A DNA stretch of 51,675 nt from a virus (taxonomy: Duplodnaviria > Caudoviricetes): IMG/VR virus record IMGVR_UViG_3300008255_000165, positions 1 through 51,675 of that record. One strand, written 5' to 3'. A model generated the notes under the pieces. That model saw only the letters and a list, made by a program, of their open reading frames with translations, was not told where the DNA came from and made no database searches. Numbering within the stretch: position 1 is the stretch's first letter; each line of letters starts with the position of its first letter. A program made the position numbers and the translations under genes. Of this stretch, positions 10,176-20,110 are shown piece by piece.

Positions 10176-11210
10176 CTATCGTTTCTTAACCTTTTCTGCT
10201 AGGTCCACCACGGACGTATCGCCTTTCTCCCTTGCCTTTTGTGCGGGGGTCTTAGAGAAGTCAACATCCTCAAAGACTGGATTCCCCTTCATAACTATCA
10301 GCTCTTCGTGGTTCCAAGCTGTGGAGTTCTTACCACTGGCCTTCTTAATGCGCTCTTCGCTAGCTTCACGCTTAGTCCGCTCGAAGTATTCGTCCATAAA
10401 CTTGTCCAGCGCAAAGTCGTCCTCGATGACTGCAGGGTCCGGCCTGTCTGAAGGCATCATCTCGTGCAGCGACTGGTAAAACGCTGTCCAGTGCATTAAG
10501 TGCAGCATATCTATAGAATAATCATAAATGGGCCTTGTGAACAGTTGTCCCCCGTGCTTCTGTGCAGCTAAGTATCTTACCCCCCACTGGGAGGACCTAG
10601 CTATATACCTGAGGGTTTCTGTTGGCAGCCCCATAGAAAAAATGGTAAACTCGAGAGCTGCGTGCCGACGAAACATCACGTCTGGCTCATCGTTAAAGCT
10701 GGATATAGTAGGCCAAACACGCTCGCCAGTCTCAGGCTCCAGAACACACGAAGAGGTAAGGTACAAGAGCCTAAACTCCTCTGACTTACGTTCCACAGTG
10801 TGCTCTAAAAAGCTTTCCTTGCGGCGACGTATGTCAAGAATCTGCCCCTTTAGGTCATCGATTATCTTAACCAGACGCTCGCGGCGCATGGGCACACGAG
10901 TAGTCTTAGCTAAGACTGCCTCTTGGGCCTTAAGTTTGCCTTGCAGTACCTCAATATCAGAGCGCTCGCCGTCACCCCAAAGCCCTCTAGACTCAAGCAT
11001 CTTTTCCATAGCGCTGATAGTAGGCAAGCCCATACTCAAGGCTTCTTCCTTGGCCTGGGCTGCTGCAAAATCTGAACGCTGGAGCAGTTCTCTTGTTGGG
11101 TGCTTGAGGCATACCAAGGCAGAAGCTCCATTACGTTGCAGGGTAACGAGCTTCTGCCCCAGCATAATCTGGCTAATGAGGGACTCGACCTCTTCGTAGG
11201 TCAAGTCCAT
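10176..11210 (-). CDS. Putative tail assembly chaperone, 344 aa
   Basis: Helical, charged protein immediately upstream of the TMP; assigned by position. Confidence 0.55.
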   Translation of the reverse strand: MDLTYEEVESLISQIMLGQKLVTLQRNGASALVCLKHPTRELLQRSDFAAAQAKEEALSMGLPTISAMEKMLESRGLWGDGERSDIEVLQGKLKAQEAVLAKTTRVPMRRERLVKIIDDLKGQILDIRRRKESFLEHTVERKSEEFRLLYLTSSCVLEPETGERVWPTISSFNDEPDVMFRRHAALEFTIFSMGLPTETLRYIARSSQWGVRYLAAQKHGGQLFTRPIYDYSIDMLHLMHWTAFYQSLHEMMPSDRPDPAVIEDDFALDKFMDEYFERTKREASEERIKKASGKNSTAWNHEELIVMKGNPVFEDVDFSKTPAQKAREKGDTSVVDLAEKVKKR

Positions 11211-11215
11211 AACGC

Positions 11216-11965
11216 CTACTCCTCAGCAGGGGCTGCTGGTTTCCTTCGACGCCTGCGGGGGCTCGGGGAGGGTTTCTCGTCGGCAGGGGCATCAGCCACA
11301 ACTTCGCCTGCTTCGAGAGCAGCCTCATCGTGGGCCACATCGGCAGCCTCATCGAGAGCTTCCTGCTCTGCTTCGGCCTCAGCAGCTAGGTCATCAAGAA
11401 CCTTACGTTCGGGAACTTTGGTAAGGAAGTCCTGGTCGAGGCCCTGCATAAACAGCATTACCTGCATACGTGCCTGCATAGCCAAAACTCTGTCCTCTGT
11501 ATTGATAAAAGCGTCGAAGTCTTCCCACGTCTTCGTACCATCAGCGCTCTTTACCATAGCAGACGTAAGGTAGTCTGTACGGGCATTATCAGCTAGGCTT
11601 TCGCAGGTATGACTCATAGGGCTGTTTACCCTGTGATGCCAGTCAAGCAAATCCTGTCGAAGAGATGCAACTTCTACAGCCAGCTCTGCTCTGCGCGGCT
11701 TGCTGACCTCTAACTCCATTTCAACAATCTTATCTCCGAGCAGCTCTTGAATTTCAGCCAGCTTCTTATCGTAGTTGTCCCCGATAATACCCCGGCTCTT
11801 CAAGATGTCTAGCATCTCAGATTGTGTGTTGATACCGCGAGACATAGCCTCGTTGTACGTCTTACTATAGTACCAATCAGCTTGGCGCACCGCGTCGCTA
11901 GAAGGCACAGCAAGAGCGTACTTAACATCACCTACCTCAAAAGTTCTATCCAGCTCAGTTGTCAT
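11216..11965 (-). CDS. Putative tail assembly chaperone, 249 aa
   Basis: AGGAG RBS; between tail protein and TMP; acidic tail followed by PSPSPRRRRRK. Confidence 0.55.
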   Translation of the reverse strand: MTTELDRTFEVGDVKYALAVPSSDAVRQADWYYSKTYNEAMSRGINTQSEMLDILKSRGIIGDNYDKKLAEIQELLGDKIVEMELEVSKPRRAELAVEVASLRQDLLDWHHRVNSPMSHTCESLADNARTDYLTSAMVKSADGTKTWEDFDAFINTEDRVLAMQARMQVMLFMQGLDQDFLTKVPERKVLDDLAAEAEAEQEALDEAADVAHDEAALEAGEVVADAPADEKPSPSPRRRRRKPAAPAEE

Positions 11966-11985
11966 GATAATCTCCTATCCTTCCC

Positions 11986-12417
11986 TTACCTGGGCTTCAC
12001 AACCACAACATCGTTGGTTGGAATGAATTCTACAGTGTAATCAGTATCGATAACTCTCTCGATTTCCCTGATAGCATCGTTTGAAACAGTGAGAATCTTA
12101 GCACGTAGTGCTTTGTACCTGCCAGCATCCCCGATGGCTACTTCAGAGTAGTCTAAGATACTAGAAAACATCTGTGTAACACGTTGTTTTACTTCCTGCT
12201 TAAGTCTATGTTTAGACCTTACCCTATCCTGCCCTACATCTCTCATCACAACATCTCCTTGTAAAGGCCTAGCTAGTACTACGTCATAGCAACTAGCACG
12301 ACCGTACCTATTGAGCCTATACACCTTCTCTGCAGTAAGTTCATTTGCATCTATAGGACCAGCCACGTAGGCGGCGGCGCCGGACATGGTGGTGGAAGTA
12401 GGATTCCTGACAGCCAT
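11986..12417 (-). CDS. Hypothetical tail-region protein (possible internal start at 12246)
   Basis: ORF track; strong AAGGAG RBS precedes the internal ATG (MRDVGQ). Confidence 0.6.
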   Translation of the reverse strand: MAVRNPTSTTMSGAAAYVAGPIDANELTAEKVYRLNRYGRASCYDVVLARPLQGDVVMRDVGQDRVRSKHRLKQEVKQRVTQMFSSILDYSEVAIGDAGRYKALRAKILTVSNDAIREIERVIDTDYTVEFIPTNDVVVVKPR

Positions 12418-12444
12418 TTAAGTGCTAGAACGCACTCGGGCTTA

Positions 12445-12654
12445 CTAAAGAATAGTACAAAACCGCTGTACTGGAAACACATTAAGCCCTCGGTAATAGT
12501 ACCCACCTGGTTTTTCCAACGTCGAAGACCTTGAAATACCCAGCAGCTCAGAAGCGTATTTAGCATTTTGTGGGCACCACTCATACACAACTTCTAGCTC
12601 TTCCAGCGACCATTTTGTACCGCGCCGGTCTTCCTTAGGACTCTTACACATCAC
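12445..12654 (-). CDS. Small HTH/Myb-like protein, 69 aa
   Basis: AGGAG RBS; KWSLEELEVV...ASELLGISRSS resembles an HTH. Confidence 0.4.
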   Translation of the reverse strand: MMCKSPKEDRRGTKWSLEELEVVYEWCPQNAKYASELLGISRSSTLEKPGGYYYRGLNVFPVQRFCTIL

Positions 12655-12681
12655 GTTCTCCTACCAACCTATAAAAACAAG

Positions 12682-12712
12682 AAAGGGGAGGGGCACGTGG
12701 CCCCTCCCCTTT
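12682..12712 (-). terminator. Intrinsic terminator after the major tail gene
   Basis: 13-bp perfect stem aaaggggaggggc/gcccctccccttt followed by a T-rich run on the minus strand. Confidence 0.8.
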
Positions 12713-12741
12713 ACAGTAGGACAATGAGAGCTGTGTGTTAA

Positions 12742-14367
12742 CTACGAGTTCTTCTCGAATCCAGGCACCTTAAACAGGTGGTTGATGGGTACAAAGCCCT
12801 GAACCGCGAACATCTTGTTGGTAGAGCGGAACCCAAAGGTCTGAGTGGCGTTAGACCCCACAGCGAGGTTGTACGCCTCGTCCGTCATCTTAAGTCCAGG
12901 AACAATCAGAGTCTTCACGGGGTACTCGCGGTCGAGAGCTGCATACGTGTACTTCTGACCCTCTACAAAGTACTCCTTGCCGATAAGCGAAGCGCCTGTC
13001 TTGATAATACGGTTGGAGTACGAGCCGCCGGCCTCTTCGTCTGTCTGCTGATAAACCATGACTACGAGGATAAGGTTATCCTTGACAAGAATATCATCGA
13101 TACTCAAGTCAAGCAGGCTGTTGGCAGCAAACTCAGTGTACTTACCAGCGATACGAGCATACGTCTCGAGGTCTCCAGCTGTGGTCTCTAGGGACGACGT
13201 GATTTCCGTCGGGAAGGTCACCGTACGATAGTAAGGCTTGAGGTGGCCAAGCTCTGTCAGGGTTTCACGAGTAAGAGACGCCGTGACCGTAGCAGACGTG
13301 ATACGCAACGACAGTGCGTAGTCCGACGGAAGAGCGGTCGGGTCAACTAGGAAGATTTCAATCTGGCCCTGGCGAACCGCACCGAGGTCTTCAGGAGCAC
13401 CTCCGGTTACGATAGAGTCGGAACCTGCAGCGGTGAAGTAGTTCGCCGTAATCCTATCGGCCGTAACAGTGCCGGAGTTGCCTGCAACCGCGTACTCGTT
13501 AGCGGCGTAAAGTACGCGAGCCTTGTCACCAGCGGCCGACGTAAAGCCAGTCGGGAGCGTGATAACATGCGTGGCTGATACGTAGTTGGCCTGTGTGGCT
13601 GTAGCAGCCTGGTCGACCAATACCTCATACTTAGTCCATGCAGGGGTGCTCGCAGAGGCATCCCACAAAGCGATAGCAGGGGCGCCGGCTTCGGTCTTAA
13701 GCAAAAACGCTGCCTTCTGATTGGACAACGTGGGAATAGTCCCAGTGCTATCGTCTAGGCAGAGCTCAATGGTACCAGAAGCTGCTGTGGTAAAATCCCA
13801 CTCTTCCTGGTTTACAAAACGACCGTCGTTCAACAACCACATCTTGTTGTCTGTCTCTAGGCTGTAGTTCTCGGTACCGTTCGCACCGGCGCCATATGAG
13901 AACTCAACGTTATTGACGTAAGTGTTGCTCATGAACAACGTCTGGTCAATAAGGTCGTTGTTCGTACCCAAAGCAGACTCTGTCTGAATAGGCGCCCAGA
14001 GCTGAATCTGTGCAGAGTCTAGACCGAAGTCAGACAAAGCGACGCCGTGGTAAAACGCCACGTTGCTGCCAGTGCCGCTGTCTACAGTAAGGTTAGCGTT
14101 ACCGGCTGCAGCGGACACATTGAAATAACGACTATCAACGCCAGCTAGTGCTGCCATTGTGAAGACCGAGCCCCAGTCGTTGGTGTCAATAGTCACCGCG
14201 ACCGTAGGGACGTCGTCAACAACATCGATGATTTCAAGCTGGCCGAGCTCAAATACGTCCTCAGAAGTAAACGTACTGGTTGAGCCAAGTGTCTGCACAC
14301 GGTAAAGAAACTTACCATCTACAATTACGGACTGACTTGCGTAGATTACGCGATTTCGTCTAGTCAT
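12742..14367 (-). CDS. Major tail (tube) protein, 541 aa
   Basis: AGGAGGAG RBS, biased codons and a downstream terminator. Beta-rich; ELG motifs near both ends (VFELGQ, LTELGH); position after the neck genes. Confidence 0.7.
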   Translation of the reverse strand: MTRRNRVIYASQSVIVDGKFLYRVQTLGSTSTFTSEDVFELGQLEIIDVVDDVPTVAVTIDTNDWGSVFTMAALAGVDSRYFNVSAAAGNANLTVDSGTGSNVAFYHGVALSDFGLDSAQIQLWAPIQTESALGTNNDLIDQTLFMSNTYVNNVEFSYGAGANGTENYSLETDNKMWLLNDGRFVNQEEWDFTTAASGTIELCLDDSTGTIPTLSNQKAAFLLKTEAGAPAIALWDASASTPAWTKYEVLVDQAATATQANYVSATHVITLPTGFTSAAGDKARVLYAANEYAVAGNSGTVTADRITANYFTAAGSDSIVTGGAPEDLGAVRQGQIEIFLVDPTALPSDYALSLRITSATVTASLTRETLTELGHLKPYYRTVTFPTEITSSLETTAGDLETYARIAGKYTEFAANSLLDLSIDDILVKDNLILVVMVYQQTDEEAGGSYSNRIIKTGASLIGKEYFVEGQKYTYAALDREYPVKTLIVPGLKMTDEAYNLAVGSNATQTFGFRSTNKMFAVQGFVPINHLFKVPGFEKNS

Positions 14368-14437
14368 TATCTCCTCCTAACATCTTGTATCTAGTTTGGT
14401 GGTTGGGCTGCTTTCTTAGAAGATTGCCAGACCTGCC

Positions 14438-15196
14438 CTATCCTTTATACACAACTAGGTCAAAAGAAACTACAGCTCTATACCTATTAGTATCAGACCA
14501 ATCTACGAAATTGGAAATATTACGCTCGGACACATTGTCAAAAAACATCCTGGGACCCTCTAAAACTGGAGCACGAGTAAAACTAGAATCGAAATACCCA
14601 GAAGTAGTTAAGTAGTCCCCAGTACTGTAGTCTAGTACCGGTATAGATTTACTGTACAAAGCATCAAAAAGTACTTCTTTCAAATCATCGCGCTCGGACG
14701 AGGTTGAACCAAAGATGTGGAGGTCTACGGGCCGACTAGAAATAAATCCAGGGCCAAGTTGGAGGCCTACACGCTTCTGTCCATAAACGTCTACAGCTAC
14801 CACTGGAAGGTCTGGAACAACATTCCCTGGCCACCCATCTACCACAGACACGTAGTGGTAGGTATATGAGAGCGAGGAAGGTACAGTATCGGGGTCTTTC
14901 AGACCACCATATACATAATTTACAGAGTACGTCGAAGCCCCTATAACAGAAATCCTACTAGATTGCTCCGAAGTAGTTATGATTTCAGAAGAAACTTCGT
15001 CAAATGGAACCCACCCGCGGCCCGCAGACACGGGGCTGGGGTACAAGGAGTCTACTGACGGCCTATACAGTCCAGTAGTATTATCGTACAACAACGACTG
15101 ATTGGTATAGGACTCAACGAATTCCAGGCCTAAAACCTGAAATTTAATGTAGTTGTGTAGCGTAATATCCTCAAGCCTAGCTCTAGATATAGACAC
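14438..15196 (-). CDS. Putative tail terminator/completion protein
   Basis: Position directly before the tail gene; C-terminal DLHIFG..SERDDLKEVL pattern. Confidence 0.55.
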   Translation of the reverse strand: MSISRARLEDITLHNYIKFQVLGLEFVESYTNQSLLYDNTTGLYRPSVDSLYPSPVSAGRGWVPFDEVSSEIITTSEQSSRISVIGASTYSVNYVYGGLKDPDTVPSSLSYTYHYVSVVDGWPGNVVPDLPVVAVDVYGQKRVGLQLGPGFISSRPVDLHIFGSTSSERDDLKEVLFDALYSKSIPVLDYSTGDYLTTSGYFDSSFTRAPVLEGPRMFFDNVSERNISNFVDWSDTNRYRAVVSFDLVVYKG

Positions 15197-15885
15197 TACG
15201 CACCTCCCAGGGCCATTCGAATCGCCTTATGATAGACCGCCCTCATGTCGATGCCGTCCATAGCATGCTCGAATATCTTCGCCGGACGCATACCTGACTG
15301 CGGGTGCCTAACCGACGCAAACGGAACTACTTTACTAAAAGCGCGTGCTTCGTAGGCCGCTCTACTAATCATAAACCCAGAGTGGTACCAGCCCCAGCGC
15401 TTGAAATCGGCGTCAGACCTGCTGATGACTACACCGGCCTTTATGAACTTATCGTACGTATCCTTAGATATGAAAGCAAATTCTCCACCAAAACCCTCGA
15501 GATAAAAAATCAACCAGTCAAGTACCCACGGATTATTTCCGACACTCTTAAGGTGCGACTCTAACGAAGAAGCAGACCCTGCCAGGTTGAGGCGAAGCTG
15601 CTCTATGTTTCCGGCGCTAACAGATACGGTGTTGTTTGAGCGCACAAGAGTTTTTTGTAGCGACTCCCTAATAATCTTCTCGAAGGCCTCGCGCGCTATA
15701 GGCTCCTCAGGAGAAGCTTTATCGCCAGCTGGGGCACGCCCTGCCATCTCGGAGTCATACGCGCGCATCAGATTTGTGACTATGGCTGGAACTACCTCCG
15801 CCCTCAACAACAGCTTTAAAGCAGTGAGGGCTTTTCTATCCAGCACCGCAGTAAACCTACGGAGCTCTGACTTTACCGAAGGCAC
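15196..15885 (-). CDS. Putative neck/tail completion protein
   Basis: Position; C-terminal HPQSGMRPAKIFE resembles HK97 gp10-like proteins. Confidence 0.5.
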   Translation of the reverse strand: MPSVKSELRRFTAVLDRKALTALKLLLRAEVVPAIVTNLMRAYDSEMAGRAPAGDKASPEEPIAREAFEKIIRESLQKTLVRSNNTVSVSAGNIEQLRLNLAGSASSLESHLKSVGNNPWVLDWLIFYLEGFGGEFAFISKDTYDKFIKAGVVISRSDADFKRWGWYHSGFMISRAAYEARAFSKVVPFASVRHPQSGMRPAKIFEHAMDGIDMRAVYHKAIRMALGGA

Positions 15886-16434
15886 TTAGCTATCCTTAAC
15901 GCTGTGCCCAGTGGCGGTGGACTGTAGAAAAGCAACTACCAGCTCGTCCTGAGCGCCGAGGCCTCTGAACACAGGGGGGCTCGTCAAAACACAGCGCACG
16001 CCATCCACCATAAAGTAAGAGGCATCACGTATGGCTTGGTAGTAGGACCTGCGAGCCTTAATCCTAGCTATATTCGAGCCCTCGATACCAGCCGGAGTAA
16101 GGTCCATCGCCCCGTCCTTGGGATTCCACTTAACTAGGGCCTTGACAATTGTGGGCACCTCGTTGAATAAGTACCCCGCCCCTTTACATACTGGGCACCG
16201 ACCTCTATTAAACGAAAGGGGGCTTATTGCCTCGTCAAAAATAACAACAGGCGTAACGAAGGAGGAGTTGAATATGTTCTTGGACTCGCCGGTGACTAGG
16301 TCTTGGTAACAGTTAGGGCAGGGCTGCTTCTCTGGTGGCCCATAAACTAGTATAGTCTCTCCGAGGTCCTTGACTACAGTTTTTATCAGGCTCTTGTACG
16401 TCGAACGAATCGCATTGGTAACTATCTTGCCCAT
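15886..16434 (-). CDS. Putative head closure protein with Zn-finger insert
   Basis: CPNC...CPVCKGAG; neck position. Confidence 0.55.
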   Translation of the reverse strand: MGKIVTNAIRSTYKSLIKTVVKDLGETILVYGPPEKQPCPNCYQDLVTGESKNIFNSSFVTPVVIFDEAISPLSFNRGRCPVCKGAGYLFNEVPTIVKALVKWNPKDGAMDLTPAGIEGSNIARIKARRSYYQAIRDASYFMVDGVRCVLTSPPVFRGLGAQDELVVAFLQSTATGHSVKDS

Positions 16435-16461
16435 TGGTCAGCTCCCAGTGGCGTGCTACAG

Positions 16462-17376
16462 CTAATCAATACGGACGCCGAAAATGGTCAGATTGTTGCT
16501 AGTAGTTGCTGTAACCAGGTCTTTCATCCGCTTACGTAAAGCCTCCAAGTCTTTCTGACGAGCTACTAGCCCAGAAGACGGGTCTATCGATATCTCTTCG
16601 TAGATACTTACCTTCGAGCTCGACGTCGCCATAAACCCACGCAGCTCACTCTCCAGAAGCCTAATAGCTGTCTGAATCTCGTACATCTCTGCGGTAGACT
16701 GCGCAGCAGAAAGTCCTATCGGTGGGTCTACGCTCGTGTAGGCCTCTAGAATCTCAGCATCTGAAAACCGAAAACTCTCATACCAAATATCTACTGTACC
16801 AGAAACAGTGCTTATCTGCGTCCCAGAGAATGTCACGAACTGATAACCACGTACAACAGGGTCGTTAATAGTGGTAAACGGTACGCCATCTATGGACACA
16901 GAAAGAGGCCAGCCCTTAGGGTTGTCTAGCTCAACAGAGTACCCGTCCTGGGAAACATTGTCGTAGCTAGTAGCTGAACTTATGTAGTCGCGGTTTATAG
17001 TCTTTGGGTCCCCAATCAACTGGCGTACACGCAGTACTGCTGACTGCTCCACAGACGAGAGATAAGATTCGGCTGGGTAGGAGGCCCCTCTATAACTAGA
17101 GCCTGATACAGTGCCCCTGGCGGCCTCTGAAAGGGAACTCTCGGAAGGGGCATCAACATCGTAGTAAGACCAGCGGTACCAGGAGTCTGCATTACCGAAG
17201 ACGTCGGTATACGAGTACCTACCTACTCCTTCAAGAAGAGGCAGCCTGGTTCCAAAAGCAGTAACCTCAGAGTAGTCAGTAAGCTCTCTTGTGGACCTGT
17301 AGACCTTGATTTCATCATAGCCGGAGCTCAGGAGCCCATAAACATCGTCTACGAATATGTCTAACCTAACGGTCAT
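16462..17376 (-). CDS. Putative head-tail adaptor, 304 aa
   Basis: VRQLIGD...FRFSDAEI adaptor-like motifs; N-terminal FN3-like beta domain. Confidence 0.55.
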   Translation of the reverse strand: MTVRLDIFVDDVYGLLSSGYDEIKVYRSTRELTDYSEVTAFGTRLPLLEGVGRYSYTDVFGNADSWYRWSYYDVDAPSESSLSEAARGTVSGSSYRGASYPAESYLSSVEQSAVLRVRQLIGDPKTINRDYISSATSYDNVSQDGYSVELDNPKGWPLSVSIDGVPFTTINDPVVRGYQFVTFSGTQISTVSGTVDIWYESFRFSDAEILEAYTSVDPPIGLSAAQSTAEMYEIQTAIRLLESELRGFMATSSSKVSIYEEISIDPSSGLVARQKDLEALRKRMKDLVTATTSNNLTIFGVRID

Positions 17377-17392
17377 AGGCCCTTCCTATCAT

Positions 17393-17704
17393 TTATACTA
17401 CAGTAGGACTCCCCGACTTCACCTTCACCATCTGCATGGCGTCGTAGTCAATAGCCCATGTACCGTCGTTTGGGATTCCAACCAGGTCGCAGAGTTTGGT
17501 CTTAGCGTCTTTAGCGGACTGCTCACACTTATTAGCAACCACAATTGTATTGTTTACAACCTGCATCAACCTACCAAGCTCCGCACGAACCGCGTTCAGT
17601 TCCTCAGTAAGCCGCCTCACTGTGTTAGCAGAGTCTTTGGAGTCGCCCTCTAAAACGATAGGTTCAACAGATGTATCAACTGGAATACGATTGTCAGAAA
17701 ACAT
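17393..17704 (-). CDS. Hypothetical coiled-coil protein
   Basis: ORF track; GGAGG RBS; TAATG coupling. Confidence 0.65.
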   Translation of the reverse strand: MFSDNRIPVDTSVEPIVLEGDSKDSANTVRRLTEELNAVRAELGRLMQVVNNTIVVANKCEQSAKDAKTKLCDLVGIPNDGTWAIDYDAMQMVKVKSGSPTVV

Positions 17705-18033
17705 TAACCCTTACCTCCTAAGTAAAACTTATCCAAGTACCTATCCACTACCATGTGCAGGTAGTTTGAGCACCTATGTACAACTATTACGATAAGAGGC
17801 AAGGCTAAGTAGCTAAGCTCCCAGCCGCCGACAAAAACTACAAGCAGTACCCATAAAACTGAGGCCCATAAAGAGAAGCAGTGCGGGCAAGAGACAAGCT
17901 TATGAAGCCGCTGAAACTTGCCGCTGAGCGCCTCTCTCACGGGCCCGAATAGGTACGACTTTACTACGATTTCAGTAGTCGCCTCAACAGCTATCGTAAC
18001 CGCTAAAAATAAGGCTAGGTAGTACCACAGCAT
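17704..18033 (-). CDS. DUF1360-like membrane protein
   Basis: Three hydrophobic segments and CPHCFSLW motif. Confidence 0.65.
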   Translation of the reverse strand: MLWYYLALFLAVTIAVEATTEIVVKSYLFGPVREALSGKFQRLHKLVSCPHCFSLWASVLWVLLVVFVGGWELSYLALPLIVIVVHRCSNYLHMVVDRYLDKFYLGGKG

Positions 18034-18035
18034 CT

Positions 18036-18539
18036 CTACAACCTCTCTAGTTCCTGAATCCTCTCTCTGAGAATCTTCTCTAGTCTACGCTTCTTCGACA
18101 TATTGCGCACCATAGAGTACGCTCGGCGAAGCTTGGAGACACTGGTGATAGAAGCAACTAGCTTAGAGGGGTCATCCACAAGCCTAAGAGCTGCGATATC
18201 CTTGTATGTCAACGACTGAATAACTTTGGAAGGCGCGTTCGCCAAGGAAGGCTTTTCAGAAACATCCGAATCGCAGTCATCCTTTACATCTAACTCTTCG
18301 TGCACAGAAAGGCTAATCTCTTTGGATTCCCCTGGAATATACGTAAACTGCGGAAGCATGTAGTGGTTGTTGTCTAACCACTTAACAAAGTCAGCCTCTG
18401 TAGATAGCTTGACTCCAGATGCTTTTACCTTCTTCTCATACATATCCCACAAGGCGCTTAGTTCCACTGTGTGCCCTGTAAAAAACTTGCGCTTGAAGAT
18501 AAACACCGGGGACCCATTATTCCTGATAAGACCTTCCAT
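18036..18539 (-). CDS. Hypothetical protein, 167 aa
   Basis: ORF track; AGGAGAGG RBS. Confidence 0.7.
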   Translation of the reverse strand: MEGLIRNNGSPVFIFKRKFFTGHTVELSALWDMYEKKVKASGVKLSTEADFVKWLDNNHYMLPQFTYIPGESKEISLSVHEELDVKDDCDSDVSEKPSLANAPSKVIQSLTYKDIAALRLVDDPSKLVASITSVSKLRRAYSMVRNMSKKRRLEKILRERIQELERL

Positions 18540-18540
18540 G

Positions 18541-19977
18541 TTAAAACTCCTCTCCTAAGTCTAGTACGTAAGTGGCGTGGCCACAGTCCCAAATCCTGTC
18601 GTATCCCTGCTCCTGCCTCAACTCCCACTCTGTCTTACCGGTCAGGCGTTCCTCGGGCGTCTTGCGGAGCCCTTGGTTTCTGTGCCGCTTACCAGCTTTT
18701 ACATAATGAGGAGTATGAGTAGTCCTGGATACTTTCTCGAAGCCCAAAGACTCATATACAGGACCAGCTATATTAGCGTACCTCATATCACAGTACGACT
18801 TCAAGTATCTATACTCATTGTGCCTAATCAACAGCTTGAGTGAGTTCTTCAATAACTTTGACGCGCCACCAGGAACAGACCACCCAGGCAATGAGGCGAA
18901 TCGTTTGAGTTCCAAAGTAGGCTTACCGTCAACCAGAGCGTGTGTCCTGGATAATGGCCCGAAGGTCATCAACATAACCAACTCGCTCTCATAGAACAGC
19001 CCAAAAGCATACTTGAAACCAGACGCCCCTTGTAGATGATTATCATCTAGAAACAGCTTGGCTTGCTGGTGCTGCACTGCTCCAAACAAACACTTACGAG
19101 CATAAACTCTTCTTTCTGCTACACCGAGGGCGTTTGCTACCCTGCTTTTAACTACGTGAGGGCGTGCTAAGTACTCATCCTCAAACACTGTAATCAAACG
19201 TACACCCTGCTCACTGCACTTCATCATCTTATCGTAGTGGTACCTACGCGGTTTCCCAGAAGCTACCTCGCTGTGCCAGTATAGTCCACAATACTCTATT
19301 GCGACCTTTTTGTCCGGCACAAAAATATCAAGCTCAAGAGGAGCTATTAGTGTACGGTCATTCCTCAAAACTTCAACATCTACAATAGAAGAAACGTAGT
19401 CAGCGAGTTCTCGCTCGGGCGCAGAGTCTGTAAGTACAGCTGCACAGTGAAGACAGCGACTCTTATTGTCCTTGAAATTATGTAGGCTACTCTCCCACAA
19501 GTGGCCTACAGGACAAACAACGCGCATCTTAGTATTGTTGTTTACATAAGCACTGGAAACAAGCACGTAATCTTCACAAGACAGGGCGTCCAAAAACGTC
19601 TCTAAACCACGCTTGCGCCGCAGCTCTTCGTCCACCACTTCTCGGCCCGGGTGCAGAACTTCTCGGTAATACTTATTTTTGTATTCCCCGCGAGCACCAA
19701 GGCGCGCTCTTTCGGCTTTAGCAGCCTTCTTCTTTAGGCGCCTCTCCTCACATTTAGTGGAACCACAGTACTTCTTTTTTGAATCAGTGGTCTCGAATGA
19801 CACTGAGCAAAAGGGGCACTCCCTCTTCACAACCTTACGAGATGCTCTATCCCTCACGCGGTCTGTTGACCTACGCAACTCCACAGAACACTCTTCAGAA
19901 CACGTCTTATGCTTTGGTGATGTGGGGGCAAACACCTTTCCACAGACACTGCAGTCTTTCGGTTTAAACTTTCTCAT
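18541..19977 (-). CDS. Free-standing homing endonuclease (Hef-like PD-(D/E)xK) with Zn fingers and a GNAT-like C-terminal domain
   Basis: CSVC/CPFC/CPVGH...CLHC; LELDIF..KVAIEYCGLYWHSE; YARKC, HLQG, ELKRFA, SYCDMRY, RIWDCG. Start at 19977 after GGAGG. Confidence 0.8.
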   Translation of the reverse strand: MRKFKPKDCSVCGKVFAPTSPKHKTCSEECSVELRRSTDRVRDRASRKVVKRECPFCSVSFETTDSKKKYCGSTKCEERRLKKKAAKAERARLGARGEYKNKYYREVLHPGREVVDEELRRKRGLETFLDALSCEDYVLVSSAYVNNNTKMRVVCPVGHLWESSLHNFKDNKSRCLHCAAVLTDSAPERELADYVSSIVDVEVLRNDRTLIAPLELDIFVPDKKVAIEYCGLYWHSEVASGKPRRYHYDKMMKCSEQGVRLITVFEDEYLARPHVVKSRVANALGVAERRVYARKCLFGAVQHQQAKLFLDDNHLQGASGFKYAFGLFYESELVMLMTFGPLSRTHALVDGKPTLELKRFASLPGWSVPGGASKLLKNSLKLLIRHNEYRYLKSYCDMRYANIAGPVYESLGFEKVSRTTHTPHYVKAGKRHRNQGLRKTPEERLTGKTEWELRQEQGYDRIWDCGHATYVLDLGEEF

Positions 19978-20077
19978 TGCAAGCCCTCCAGAACAGTAAT
20001 AGTACTGAAGGCGTAAACCGTAAACCAAACTGCCCTGCGTTTAAACCTAAAAACCAGCTTTATAGGTACTCTCTTGT

Positions 20078-20103
20078 GCGGCCTTGGGAAGCCCCAAGGC
20101 CGC
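20078..20103 (-). terminator. Hairpin after major capsid gene
   Basis: 11-bp stem gcggccttggg/cccaaggccgc; no clear U tract. Confidence 0.6.
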
Positions 20104-20110
20104 GAAATCC

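Noticed and set aside
10176-11965. Programmed frameshift between the two chaperone genes
   Set aside because: No canonical XXXYYYZ slippery site seen near the end of the upstream gene, and the downstream gene has its own GAGGAG RBS
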